Of a stretch of 64,000 nucleotides of DNA, positions 31,340 through 63,765 are shown piece by piece. Both the position numbers and the translations under genes were made by a program. Source of the DNA: Chrysomallon squamiferum (lineage: Eukaryota > Animalia > Mollusca). The notes under the pieces were generated by a model. That model was given only the letters and a program-made list of their open reading frames with translations. It made no database searches and had not been told where the DNA came from. How positions within the stretch are numbered: the stretch's first letter is position 1; every line of letters begins with the position of its first letter. Location: the NCBI GenBank assembly GCA_012295275.1, contig CM022672.1:7440001-7504000 (forward strand), in the 5' to 3' direction.

Positions 31340-32020
31340 TATCGATTTTTTGCTTTGAGTTACGAGCGAGCTTCAGATACGCAAACGCAACGAACAACAC
31401 GACATCCGCCCAGCATCCCGCGTCTTACTCGTCTGCATCACGTGGTATCTCGCCATGGATGCATCTCTGTTGTGTTCTCCTCGTGTTTTCTGCAGTATTT
31501 TGCCAAATTTTATGGATCCTAAGAAAATAAGTGCAAAGGACTGTGCTGAGAAGAAGAAGCGGATCATATCCATTGAATTAAAGCATGAAATCATAGAAAA
31601 ACATGAGCGAGGTGTGCGTGTAGACAACATGGCTAGACAGTACGAGCGATGTACTTTTACAATATGTACCATTCTGAAGCAAAAGGAGTCGATAAAGGCT
31701 ATAACTCCAGCCAAATGCGTTAAAATAATTTCTAAGCTGCGGACCTTTGTCTATGAAAAAACGGAGAAACCCTAACCCTGTACACTTTACAAATTCAATT
31801 TATTTTTTTACATTCTCTTTTATTTTGTTTTTATACAATATTTGTCATTTATACATACATTTTTCTCATTTAAAAATACGTTACAAAAAACTGGGGTGGT
31901 TTTTGGATTAATGGTATTTCAATTAATTTCATTTGGGAAAATTGATTTGATAAACGAGCAAATTGAGCAAACTGAACTCGGTCGTGAAACGAATTAAACT
32001 CGTAAATAAAGGTACCACTG
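31340..32020 (+). mobile_element. Truncated, internally deleted Tigger/pogo (Tc1-mariner superfamily) DNA transposon remnant
   Basis: ORF from 31512, MDPKKISAKDCAEKKKRIISIELKHEIIEKHERGVRVDNMARQYERCTFTICTILKQKESIK, is a CENP-B-type N-terminal HTH of a Tigger transposase, with a stop at 31775. The right end ...CTCGTAAATAAAGGTACCACTG is followed by TA (Tigger-like TIR plus TA target). No left TIR found; the left boundary is approximate. Confidence 0.82.
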
Positions 32021-32210
32021 TATATAATAAAATAACATTTTTGTTTGTTTTTGCTTTCCACTTCTTTTCTGTGACTGTTTTGTTTAATTCTGGGGTATTT
32101 TTATTTTTAATTTATTTATTTATTTATTTATTTTTTTGTTTTTTTTAAAATTATTTTATTATTATTTTGTGTGTGTATTTATCTTATTTTATTATTATTT
32201 TGTATTTTAT

Positions 32211-32284
<74 letters not shown>

Positions 32285-32326
32285 ATGATCCACATGAATT
32301 AAGCAAGAAAATCTACAATTAAAACA

Positions 32327-32361
<35 letters not shown>

Positions 32362-32484
32362 AAATGTCTGCTGTTTTTACAGTTCAGTGGACGAAATTAA
32401 GGGAAACAATTCTGCGCACACCATCCCATTTTGAAAACTGTTACGTAATTATTTCGTTATCTGTTTATTATTTATATTAGTCTC

Positions 32485-32541
<57 letters not shown>

Positions 32542-32921
32542 TATTTATTTATTTTATGTTTAGGAGATTGATCATTCGTCATAATAAATTTCGAAAATAA
32601 TAACTATTGCACCTTAACTACATGCTGTCTACAATATTTCAACCATAAATTCTCCAAGTTTCCGAAGTCATTTCACAATTTGTAACACATTTTACTCGTT
32701 ACCCATTCACGGGCTGATATTTTCAGTTCCAATGTATTACAACCACAACATGCACAACCACTGCAACTGTGATACTTTCACCAACATTAGAAGTGCTGTT
32801 ACAGAATACTCCTTACAACAAATAAATTAAAATAAATTCGAAAATTTCTAAAACAAACACTTTTGTATTATTTTTATTTAAATATTTCCTAATTATCATT
32901 ATAATTACTATTGTCAGCACC

Positions 32922-52774
<19,853 letters not shown>

Positions 52775-55700
52775 TAACTTTAGTGCTGTAATGCAAAATG
52801 ATGGAAGTATAACAACAGAAGATAATATTACAATAAAGAGAAGATAACAAACAAAATACTGGGAGATGAATTTTTGTGGAAAAATTTTTTAAATGACAAA
52901 AGATAAAATGTATTAAAAGAAATATAAGGAAACAAAATTAAACTAAATAACAAATAATATATATGCAAGTGTGTAACAAGAAAAGTATGAAAAATGAACT
53001 GTGTAAAAGTGAAAAAGAGAATTCTAAGAAGACAACTGAACAAGAGATATGCGTGTGTTGTCTGTGACTTGACTTCTCCCAGTCAGTCAGTTAAATGTTT
53101 AATTTTGAGTGTAATATTAACAGCAATAACAATTAGTTTCCTTTTAATTTGTTCTTAGTTTTTTTAATTTTTATATTTTAGGTTCATTTATTATTATAAG
53201 GTCTGTACTGCTTTTATTATTTTTTTTTTTTTAATTTATAATTATTGTTTTTGTTGTTGATACACTGTAAATTACTGTCAGCATGACTTTAACCTTTTAA
53301 TTTGTACATCATTCTAAAATATCTACTGTTAACAAAATATGTATTAGTCACATTATATATATATACACAAACTATCATTATTATAAATAATAAAAATACC
53401 ATCCCATCTGTATATACATTCATCAATTTTCATTGCTCTGAAACAAATCATGTATCTTTGAAAATTACAATGCTGTCTTCCAAATGCCAATATTACTTTT
53501 AAAATATAAACAGTGTATTCTGTAAATTATTATCAAGTCATGTAATACTGTTTCTTATATTATTCAATCTGGACATGATAACATAGATATATTTTGTTTC
53601 AAGAAGAAATCTGATATTCATTTATATTTTTTGATTCAAAATGTATATTTGTTCATTATTGTTGTTGTTGTTTTTTAATTACAAATATAAATGTTGTTGA
53701 TTATTTTAATGTAAAGACATATGTGGGTGTAAGGTATACATATATAAATATAAAACAACAAAACATTTTATTTCAAGATTTGTCTGGCTGTTGTTACCAT
53801 TTATACTGTGCTTATTAAAAAATAATATACAATTTATTTTTTAAAGTATTGATGACTATATTGCTATTTATATATTTAACTTATACTGTTCTATGCATTT
53901 TATGTTTCATGTTATTGAATTTATAATTAATTTATATTTATAAAAATGCTGTAAATCATTTAAATTATTATTTTGAGAATTATTAACAATAATGAATAAG
54001 GGTGATTGGGAATGTGTGCATGTACATAGTATATAAACATTTGTGATATGTGTTATTATTTAAATCCATTATAATAAATGAGTACAGAGACAGTTGGCAA
54101 TGTTTCAGATCACACATTCAAGGACATACTGTTGTGATTAATCTGTGAAAGAAAACAAGTTCATTAATTTAGATTTAGGCCTCTAAAATTTTCTGTTTAA
54201 AACAAGAGAAAAACATCTTTGCAAAACAGCTAAATTAAATGATAATTATATATGAATGAAAATAATATAATATTTAGGGAGTGTCCCTTTCAAAAAATAA
54301 TTGTATTTTATGATCATTTTATAAAGATGCTAATTTTATAAAGATAAGAATTAGCTTTGCAGCATTTTAAAATGAACACTGTAGTGTTGTCTGTACTGTG
54401 AAAATAAAAGCTTTGTTAATAACTGAATTATTCATACACCTTACAAATGATGAAATTAATTATTCTTCAAAATATATTTAGTGTAATAAGAATCAAGATT
54501 CCCCATGCCAGTCATCACATCAAGAACTATATGATTTTGTACTTAATTATTTATTAAATATATTCAGAACTGTGATACTGTGTAAATTATATATATATAT
54601 ATATATATAATTTACTGACAAGTTATTTTTTTATCAGATATTTTATATTTTAATTAATCTTCTAGAATAAAGAAGGTACATATTTGACAGTTGTTGTTTA
54701 TTGAGTTTCATTTTATGAACTGTATTATTTTGTTAAATGCAGAAAAATTATGAAAAAAGTCATCTAAATTCTCAAGAATGTTCTGTTCTCCAATATTTTA
54801 TATAATACAATTAACTACATGTGTTTATATATCTGTTCGCATGCACACAGACACATTATTTTGATATAAGCATAAGTAATATCTGACAAATCATTCAATA
54901 TATTTTTAATATTATATTCTGACACACACACACACACATATATATGCACAACACATACACACACACATTATAAAATTATACATGCGTATAATTTATTCAT
55001 TTGTGAGTAGACATAAATAATTTATTATGATTAAGGATGACGGATAAAAAAAAAAATAAAAACCAGAACTACAAAAATTTGAACTAATTTTTAAATTAGC
55101 AGCAACTGACTGTTTGTAAGCACCTTAGAAAGAAAAGTACAGTTCACTGGTTTTGATCTTGGTGCACTGATGGAGCAGCAAATGGCCATTGTTTATTAAA
55201 CTATTGAGAATGTATAAAGCACAGAATTTAGATAAAGAAAAAAATAAGTCAATGATATAACAATATGGAAACAAATAACAAAAATGTTTTGAATTTTATT
55301 ACAGAATTTCTGATTTTGTAACTACATTTAAAAAAAATAATAATTTAGTTATCCAAATCCTTTGAATCAAATTGTTCAGTATGATTGATAAATGGTTATT
55401 TTAACATTTGATTTAGTTCTAGCACAATCCTCATTTCAGAAAAAAGAAATATAAATTCACACTCAATCTATATATATAGAGTTAGTATCTCAAATGTATT
55501 TTTACTAATTACCAACAAAGAATCTTTCAGACTGCAGCTTCTTAACACACAAAATAGAATGGAAATCAATCAAAAGACCAGAGCAAAATGGATTTGTCTT
55601 GTGAACTTTGCTCCTATCCAACAGTGCTGTCTACACTACAGTGACAACTGTGGACCTTTGAATTTTCTAATAAAATGATCACTTCAAGGATATGTTGTTC

Positions 55701-56343
55701 TCAATAAAAAAGAAAGGAAAAATGAAGAGTTATCATATTTTATTTATCACACAGTCAACATTTAAGTGAAAAAACATACTACTGGGATGATACTTTACAG
55801 GATTTTTATTTTACAGACATCAATATATACATTAAATAATTGTTGCACCTGTGCAATATGACATCAAGGTGTTTTTATTAACATAAGTATTGATGTTTGT
55901 AACAACTTAATAATTTATAATATATTGTGATAATGTAACAACATGCCAGGCAGTGCACGTATAAGAAATAAATGAGGTCATCAATGTGTTTTATATTTAC
56001 GGGGACAAATGATGTAGTTTTTTTTTTTTTTTTTAATGAACTGTATCCTACAACTTACATCAGTATAAAGTATATAATCTGTATATTATTACTCCTTTTT
56101 TTAATGTTTTTAAATATTTTTAAATCACAGCAACCAATGGACAAAGACCATTAAATTATTCCTCACATTTCAAAGAAGTTCCAATATTTAGTTTTGTTTC
56201 AAAAGATAAATTTGCACCCTGTGCTGACACAGTAAATCCAAGGTTATTTATTAGTATTATCTCCAACATTTAGATGTTGCTTTGAAAAAAATTCACAACA
56301 TAAGATGCAAAAGATAATAAAGGTAATGAAGAAGTTGTTGGGG

Positions 56344-56349
56344 TTTATT
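56344..56349 (-). terminator. Candidate PFDN6 polyadenylation signal AATAAA
   Basis: First AATAAA I could see on the minus strand, ~110 nt downstream of the stop; AT-rich context makes a chance match possible. Confidence 0.4.
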
Positions 56350-56460
56350 TATTTCTGACATTTTTCCATCACAAGATCAGTTTTTTTAAAGATTTTTTAA
56401 AGGTACAAAATGTGTTCATGTAATGAAAAACAAACATGATTTTCTCTGATAATCAAGTCT

Positions 56461-57929
56461 TTATGCTTTGACAGCAGCCTTCACTTGGGCTTGTTGAAAC
56501 TGATGTTGCAGTTTTGCTAAAGCTTCACGTTGCGATTCCAGTTTCTTCTCCATTTCTTTTATCATGCCATCATGACGTTTACTGAAACATTTTACACAGA
56601 ATTTCAAATATCTATGATTAGGTCACTCATATAACAAAATCACTTAAAAGTTATGTATCCATTTATTCAGTGCACTTAGATAAATCATATAGATTAAATT
56701 GGATGCAGTTTTGATGAAATGCAAAATGATATCAGTTACTAGTGGGGTTTGTTCATACCAACAAGGTAAAGAAATGTTATCTTGTATTGAAGAGAAATTA
56801 AATAATTAATTGTAATTATAAAATGTTGCAACAAGAGTAAATAATCATTATAATTTTTTTTTAATTTTTTCGTTTTTAAAATTGAATATTATCCTTAAAA
56901 TTATTCACATCTCAATGTTCAAAAACACAGGACTGACCACATTTAAAAGCACTGTCATGAGAACCAAATTCTAGTGACAATCTAGATGTTTCCTTTCAAT
57001 ACAAAGTTTTTTTAAGTCAAGTAGTGTGAAAATTACACTAAAATGAAGTCACTATATTGCCACACCATACCAAATTTTTAGGACAAGAAATAGAAAAAAA
57101 AAACACCCACAAACTTACATTTCTCCATTAATATAATCTATTCTTTTCTGTACTGTCTGTTTTCCATCTTCCAAATCTTGCTTCACTAAAACTGGGCCTA
57201 TCAATTTGTACACATTAGCACTGGCTTCTAAACTGTCTAACTCCTGAAGTGAAACAAAAATAAAACAGAATACAATATTCAAAAGTTTATACAGATATAA
57301 ATATAATATAATATGTACAAATATATAAACCTTTCAAGTTTAGAACAGCAAAGCATCTTCCTCAAAAATGACAAATAAGATGGAGAACTTGTTGGAATTT
57401 GAAAAGCATTAACTAGTTCAACATGGAGGATTCATCCTATGATCCATCATATCTCTGGGAAACATTTTCTACACCTTAATTGCAGTCTGTTCATAATACC
57501 ACTCCAACCAGCTAACAAAACAGCATACCTAATACTAGTAATGGTAATGTTATTTTCCTTATAATTATAATAATAATTTTAACACATCTGGCACAAAAAG
57601 GAATCTTTAAATCATTTTGTTACTTTTGAATGTCTGTCAATAGATATAAATTATAGAACATTTTCTCTTTATCTCTGTCTCTCTAGATGAATATTATAAT
57701 TATGTGGAAAAGAAAATTTACTTTATTAAAAATACATATATTATAAACTTTAAAAAATCTATCAATATGAATATTACATTTAAAAAAAAAATAATAATAA
57801 TTTACCTCTTTTACTAAAATATTCTCATTCAACTGACCGTCAAGACGCTGCCTTGCAGATACATATTTCTGTAAGTCTGGAAAAAATATAAAAATAAAAT
57901 GCTTGTTTTCGTTGAATAGTAATTTGCGA

Positions 57930-57962
<33 letters not shown>

Positions 57963-58469
57963 ATAAATTTTAAATTATTTTTATAATTATATTATTATTA
58001 ATTATTTAATATATAAATTAACAGTTACTGAGTTAGCAGTTACGATGTAATAACCTGTAACTAAGTTGTTTAATGATAATGATAATTGCGGTGACTTGGT
58101 GGTAACACTTAAACACGTTACATGAATTATATCGTGTTGGTTTGAACTGTACACAATCAGCTTCTGTAGAAACTGCCCGAATGAACTAAATTATATGTGT
58201 TTCTTGTGAAACTGTTGCCGTGTTGGCTTGACAATATATCTGTTAATACATGATGATCTCAGATCTGATGCCAGTGACGGTGACGCCGTCGATTCGATGG
58301 CGGCTGATGGAACAACAAATATTATATTTAAATTTAAAATATTAGCAAATTATTGTTATCTATAAATGTAAAGACACTAATATGAAAATCTTTTTTATTT
58401 ACTACCTTTTTGTGTGGTCTGGTATTTTTCAACTTCAGACTGCAATCGTTTCTGCAAACCATCCGCCAT
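56461..58469 (-). CDS. PFDN6: Prefoldin subunit 6 (KE2 family), 4 exons, 126 aa
   Basis: Minus-strand exons 58469-58406, 57876-57806, 57243-57119 and 56581-56461 (381 nt), all GT-AG with consistent phases. Translation MADGLQKRLQSEVEKYQTTQKDLQKYVSARQRLDGQLNENILVKEELDSLEASANVYKLIGPVLVKQDLEDGKQTVQKRIDYINGEIKRHDGMIKEMEKKLESQREALAKLQHQFQQAQVKAAVKA carries the diagnostic VYKLIGPVLVKQ motif. Absent from the ORF track. Confidence 0.96.
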
Positions 58470-58472
58470 CTT
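58463..58472 (-). promoter_or_regulatory. YY1-type motif AAGATGGCGG overlapping the PFDN6 start codon
   Basis: Exact match to the YY1 consensus, common at housekeeping gene starts. Confidence 0.5.
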
Positions 58473-60645
58473 TGTTATTTATCTGTTCCGAATCTAATAA
58501 AGCTTTTATTTTCAGAGCACTACTGTTGTTGGTTTTCTACCAAAACTAAGATATATTAGTGAATTCCCACTTTAGATCACTTAATTACTTTTCTTTTCTT
58601 TGTTTTACTTTTTGATTTAACGTTTGAAAATAAGTTAGTAAACAAAAAGAGTATATCAGTGGGTAATAACTGATACAGTATCGTGAAGTAGCGCGATACG
58701 AGTGCTGCAGATTATAGAGCCGAAATAACACAACATTTATTTTCGGTTTTTCTCGCTAATGCTAAATCAGTGAAATATACCTGCTTTGATATCGTATGAA
58801 AAAACAAAAAACAAAACAATAATAATAACAACAATAAATAAAATAATTAATATTACTACTGCTACTACTAATCTGTCCTTATTTAATTATTTAAAAAAAA
58901 AACCATTTAAACTCTAAAGCCAAAATGATGTGCAATCCAGCTTTCCCAGTAATTTCGCATTCTTACATTTACCACTTGGCTATAATTCATTATAAATTTA
59001 GACAATTTGACATTGTCGATTTGTAAGTCCAGACTAATACATATTTATTCGTTCATTATTCCATATCTATGGCTGCAGTTTCAAACCAAAAATAAATAAA
59101 AATTAAAATATAATTTTTATGACATCTATTTCGTATGTATATTTATCGTTCCTAGTACCGTTTTAATTTCTTTTCTCATAAATTATTTACTTTTTTATTT
59201 TATTTATTATTATTATTATTACTATCACTTGTCGCCACTATAGTATCTTGTAGAATAATGGATAAATGTTATCAAAATGATATATTTCTTTGTTTTGTGT
59301 ATTACACTGTGATACATACGCAGTAAAGCAATTATTTAATCAAAATTAAAGTAAAACAAAAACGAGACAATTTTGTATTTTTTATTTTTTAAAGATTTAT
59401 TGATGAATATTATTTTTATTATCAACATTTTGTGCAAATTTAAAAACCAAATCTTTCTATCACTAATAATGTTTAATTATTATTATTAATTTTAATTTAT
59501 TTAACAATAATATAAAGACAGGAGTGAAAGAGAGAGATGCACATCAAAATCAAAAACGTTCTTTCCTGTTTTAATTTGAATTCGAACAGTTCCAAATATT
59601 TCCCAAATCAAACATTTCATTACTTAACTATCACCATGTCATCTTCTTCAATGACTTCTTGATCTTCCTTATTTGTTTGTGTTTCTTTGTGGATGTGGGG
59701 TTTTGACACATTTATTACTATCATTACTAATATCAACATCATAAGTGTCATCACTATCATCATCATCACCATCACTATCATCACCAGCACCATCAGCAGC
59801 AACATAATCAATATGTCTATCATTGTTGGTGTTATTGTTTTTATTAATATGCAGCGTTTGTATAAATATTTATGGGTACATATGATTTACTTATTATGCA
59901 AATTAAAACAAAACAAAAAATTATTTGAAAAATGGTCATAAACCTGTAGCTTTTTAAACTGATTTCGTATGCTCTATCTCCCTATTTATGCACAAACGAT
60001 ATTAATAACCAAATTTGGCAGCATTTGTCGAAATTGTTTTTAAAATAGAAAACAAAATATGTCCAAATTTGGATTATTCTCTGAAGCGATAAAAATCTGC
60101 TTCAAAAGCTGGATGTCTTTAAGATGACAGAAGCATCCACATTCCTAGTACACAAAATTAATTTCCGATCAGTTAACTGAATATTTCAATCTAAATGTTG
60201 AATCAGTCTGAAAACGATTTTTATGGCAATCACCTGAAAAACAAAATAACATAAAACTAATTATTATGTACTCTTTTCATAATTATTAAGGCACTTAAGG
60301 AAGAGGTTTTAACTTTCAAGATTACTTATTTAAATATCTTACCAAATTAACTCTGGGTCACTGACAGTACCATTGCTGTTTATTTATAGCGCCAGATACA
60401 GTGGTTGTGAATAAAAACATTCAGCCCGAACATAATCGATTTTGTTAATCGTAAACAGCTATATAGCTCTTAAATTAATGTATTTTCATACAAGATTTAA
60501 AGTTTCGAAATAATGTTATACTGTATATGTAGGTGTATTAACAAATAAATAAACCATTAATAACGAACAAAATGAAAATAACGACAGTTTTCCGAAGCCT
60601 GAAGCGCAGCAAATAAAACGCAACAGAAACAGTGTATTGATGAAA

Positions 60646-60688
60646 CCGGAAGTATTATAACCCAAACAACATTCGTGTATTTCACGTG
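60646..60688 (+). promoter_or_regulatory. DDX31 proximal promoter motifs: ETS site CCGGAAGT (60646-60653) and E-box CACGTG (60683-60688)
   Basis: Both are exact consensus motifs within 50 nt of the ATG, in a CpG-retaining segment. Confidence 0.6.
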
Positions 60689-60693
60689 GTGAA

Positions 60694-63600
60694 ATGGAAA
60701 CATCAGAAGATTTTGGAATTCAGCTCAACTTATCACACTATCAAATATCAAATAAAGTACGATTATTAAAATACGTTTATATCTCATTTATATTCTTTTA
60801 GAATTCCCTGTGGAAATATTTTATTGCACTTTAAGTCAATAATAATAAAATATTATAAATTAATAATTTGAAATTTCAGAATATTAATTCAGTAATTGTA
60901 TTAATTATTATGCTAAATTTCATTGAACAATTTAATTTAATCTAGTTGTTCTTGTGTTAATTTGTTTCGATTTTTTATTTTATTTTATTTTATTTTATTT
61001 TATCTGATTTTATTTTCAGCGGCAGTTTGGTGCTAAATTTCATGAATCCAAAACTGAAAGAGTTGGTGTTGACCTATCTCACAAATCAGAGCAGACACAT
61101 CAAATAAAAGAACAGAATAAAAGAAAACTTACTGAAAATGATAAATCTGCGGGTCCGCCAAAAAGGAAGAAACCTGATCAGATAATTTCCTCACTTTTTC
61201 GACATAATCCAGATATTCCTTCAGTTGACAAGTAAGTCACCTGAATCTGTAAACCTCAGATCTATTTGCCATTCCACGAAATACAAAGTGACTGATTTAT
61301 CAAAAACTGTGAAAATATTTTACTAGAACTGGTGTAAGGCCTCGTGTCGCCGATCAGTAAAAGTGATTCTGTTATAATTATAACTGATTTTCTCTTTCAT
61401 ATTATAGCTTACAAAAACGCTACAGAATAATACCTAATGAAAGGATTATTAATAATTATAAAAATTCAAATAATTTTCAAAATTTTATAGAGAATAATTC
61501 ATTTGTTACATTTCTTTTCCATTATTATTATTATTATTTTTTTTTTTTTCATTTTTACAATTTATGAAAGTATTGCAGATAAAAGTTGGCTTCTTTCAAT
61601 TTAAAAACAAAAGCTGATAATTAATTTTAGATTATCTAACCAACTGATATAAATTATGATATTACCTCCTAAATCAGTAATGGGCAAACTGCAGCCTGCG
61701 CTTCTTTCTGAGTGGCCCGCCTAATATCACAAGAAAAATAATGTTAATTCAAATTTTATAAAATGAGTCTATTTTGTATCTACTAATATACTAAAACATA
61801 TGTAATTTTTTTATTATAACTGTTCCAGTAGTAAATGAAAATGAAATATTTCTTAAAATAAACCCTACGTAAAAACATAAAATCGCCTAAATTAGTAACT
61901 GCGGCCCACCACAGGACGAGCCAAGTCTCACGAGGCCTGCTTCTCAAAAAAGATTGCTCTTGCCTGTCCTAAAGAAACAACATCTGGTTTTTTTTTTTCA
62001 GGTCAGAAGTTACTCCAATCAAAGAAAAAGTTTTTACCTCCAAGTCTTTCTGTGATTTGCCACTTCATCAATTTATGGTCAGTTTTTATTTGTGATTTCA
62101 TAAAATAATTATATAATTATGACAGTCTGATAGTTGAAATCTGAGATATAACTGTATAACATAGTTCTTTTTCTAGCACAGCAGACAACTAGAGTTAAAA
62201 CCTGAAAGCTCTTAAACCTAGAAATTAGAATATCACTCTTTATCTCAGCTGCTGGCTTATCCTAATAGGGTGATTTTTCTTCTGATACTGAAACTGCACA
62301 AAAATATGTTCATAAATTTCATTATTCTATATCATGTGTTGGAAATTGCTTCAGTACATCATTTCTAAAGAGGTACATACCAGCTTTTCTAAGGTGATAG
62401 TAAAATCATAATACATTATCTATCATGAATTGTTTTCAACAAATTTTATTACATATTTCAGAAAAAGTCATTTTTCCATTGTGTTACTGTCCCTCTGTTT
62501 ATATCTTACAAATTATGATTTAAATAAAATTTTGTTAATCAACTATTTTAGTCCAATTTTGAATTTATTGTTCCGTAAGCAATCAATTTTCTTCTAATGA
62601 ATGAAATATTTTTTAGGGATGTTGTTCTTCATATTTTCATACATTATTCTTGTATTAAAAAAATGCTCTGCAATTATCATAATGATTCTTTTTTATTTTA
62701 AAAATTGTTTGCAGGTAACAAATCTTGTGGACAAAATGAAATTGACGTGTATGACCACAGTACAGCAACATGCTATTCCATGGCTTCTAGAGGGAGTTGA
62801 CCTGCTCATCAAATCACAGACTGGCTCAGGTAGCCTTTTTTACCTGTTACTAAAATATTGTCAGAGATGTCCACTGAAACTTTGTAAAAACAGATTGCAA
62901 ACAACTGACACATAATTCAAAAAAATATAACATATAATATGTAATAAATATACTGTTTAAAAGTCAAACTGTTATATCTGTTGACAGAAGATTTTATAAA
63001 CTAATATTGTTTTTGCCTCAAACAAGTCTTTGCTTTCTTTTTCTTCATCCAAGCCTGCTTGCTCATTGATATATTTATGTTTATTATTTATTATAGTGCA
63101 ATGAGATCTATTATAATATTTTAAAAATATTGGGTTTTTGGTTTGTTGTTTTATAAAACTGATATTTTTGCTTATTAGCTTGTGTTTTTAAGAATATATG
63201 CATTTATTTACTTTCATATTTGCATAAGCTTACTTCTTAAATGTTCTTATTCTAATATAATTGCTATAATAATCTAATCTTAATACATAACAAATGACAC
63301 AGAATCATCTCAATATTTATTTTTGTACAAAGATTGATCATGGTGTTGTATGTTTTTAGGTAAGACGTTGGCTTACGCTGTTCCCATTGTGCAGAAACTG
63401 CAGAGTTTAAATCCAAGTGTTCAGAGATCTGATGGACCGTATGCCATCATTGTTGTCCCAACACGAGAAGTAAGTTCTTTCATAGCCGATTTAAAAAACA
63501 AAAAATAAATAAATAAATAAATTTCTGCAGACTTAGGTATTTAATTAGATATCAATTTGTAAAAGGTGTTAAAAGAAGAAGGTTCATAATGCAGAGGTCA

Positions 63601-63765
63601 AATTTTTGCTGTTAGAATTTTATCTCAGCCTTGTCTCTAGTATTTGCTATTAACTTCATTCAGTTGGTCAACCAAACTAGCTTTTTGTTTGCTTTCTAAA
63701 ATATTTTCATATTTGTTTTTCAGCTTGTTATTCAGAGTTACCAGACCTTTTGTAATCTTGTTAAA
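60694..63765 (+). CDS. DDX31: DEAD-box RNA helicase DDX31/Dbp7-like, 5' part (first 6 exons; continues beyond the window)
   Basis: Exons 60694-60756, 61020-61231, 62002-62077, 62715-62829, 63360-63469, 63724-63765 with consistent phases. Contains [13 protein letters not shown] (DDX31-type N-terminal motif), a Q motif (F.DLPLH...[10 protein letters not shown]), motif [25 protein letters not shown] (motif Ia). Confidence 0.88.
61675..61966. mobile_element. Non-autonomous hAT (Charlie-like) MITE, 292 bp, in DDX31 intron 2
   Basis: Ends CAGTAATGGGCAAACT... and ...AGATTGCTCTTGCCTG are degenerate TIRs. Subterminal GGCCC-type motifs are present. It is flanked by an 8-bp near-duplication TCCTAAAT (61667-61674) / TCCTAAAG (61967-61974). 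Confidence 0.78.

Noticed and set aside
59620-59941. Hydrophobic ORFs in the PFDN6-DDX31 intergenic region
   Set aside because: They derive from a degenerate (CAT/CAC)n trinucleotide tract
61320-61360. Possible Helitron 3' end (CTAGT with upstream GC-rich bases, minus strand)
   Set aside because: The hairpin is too weak and no matching 5' end was identified
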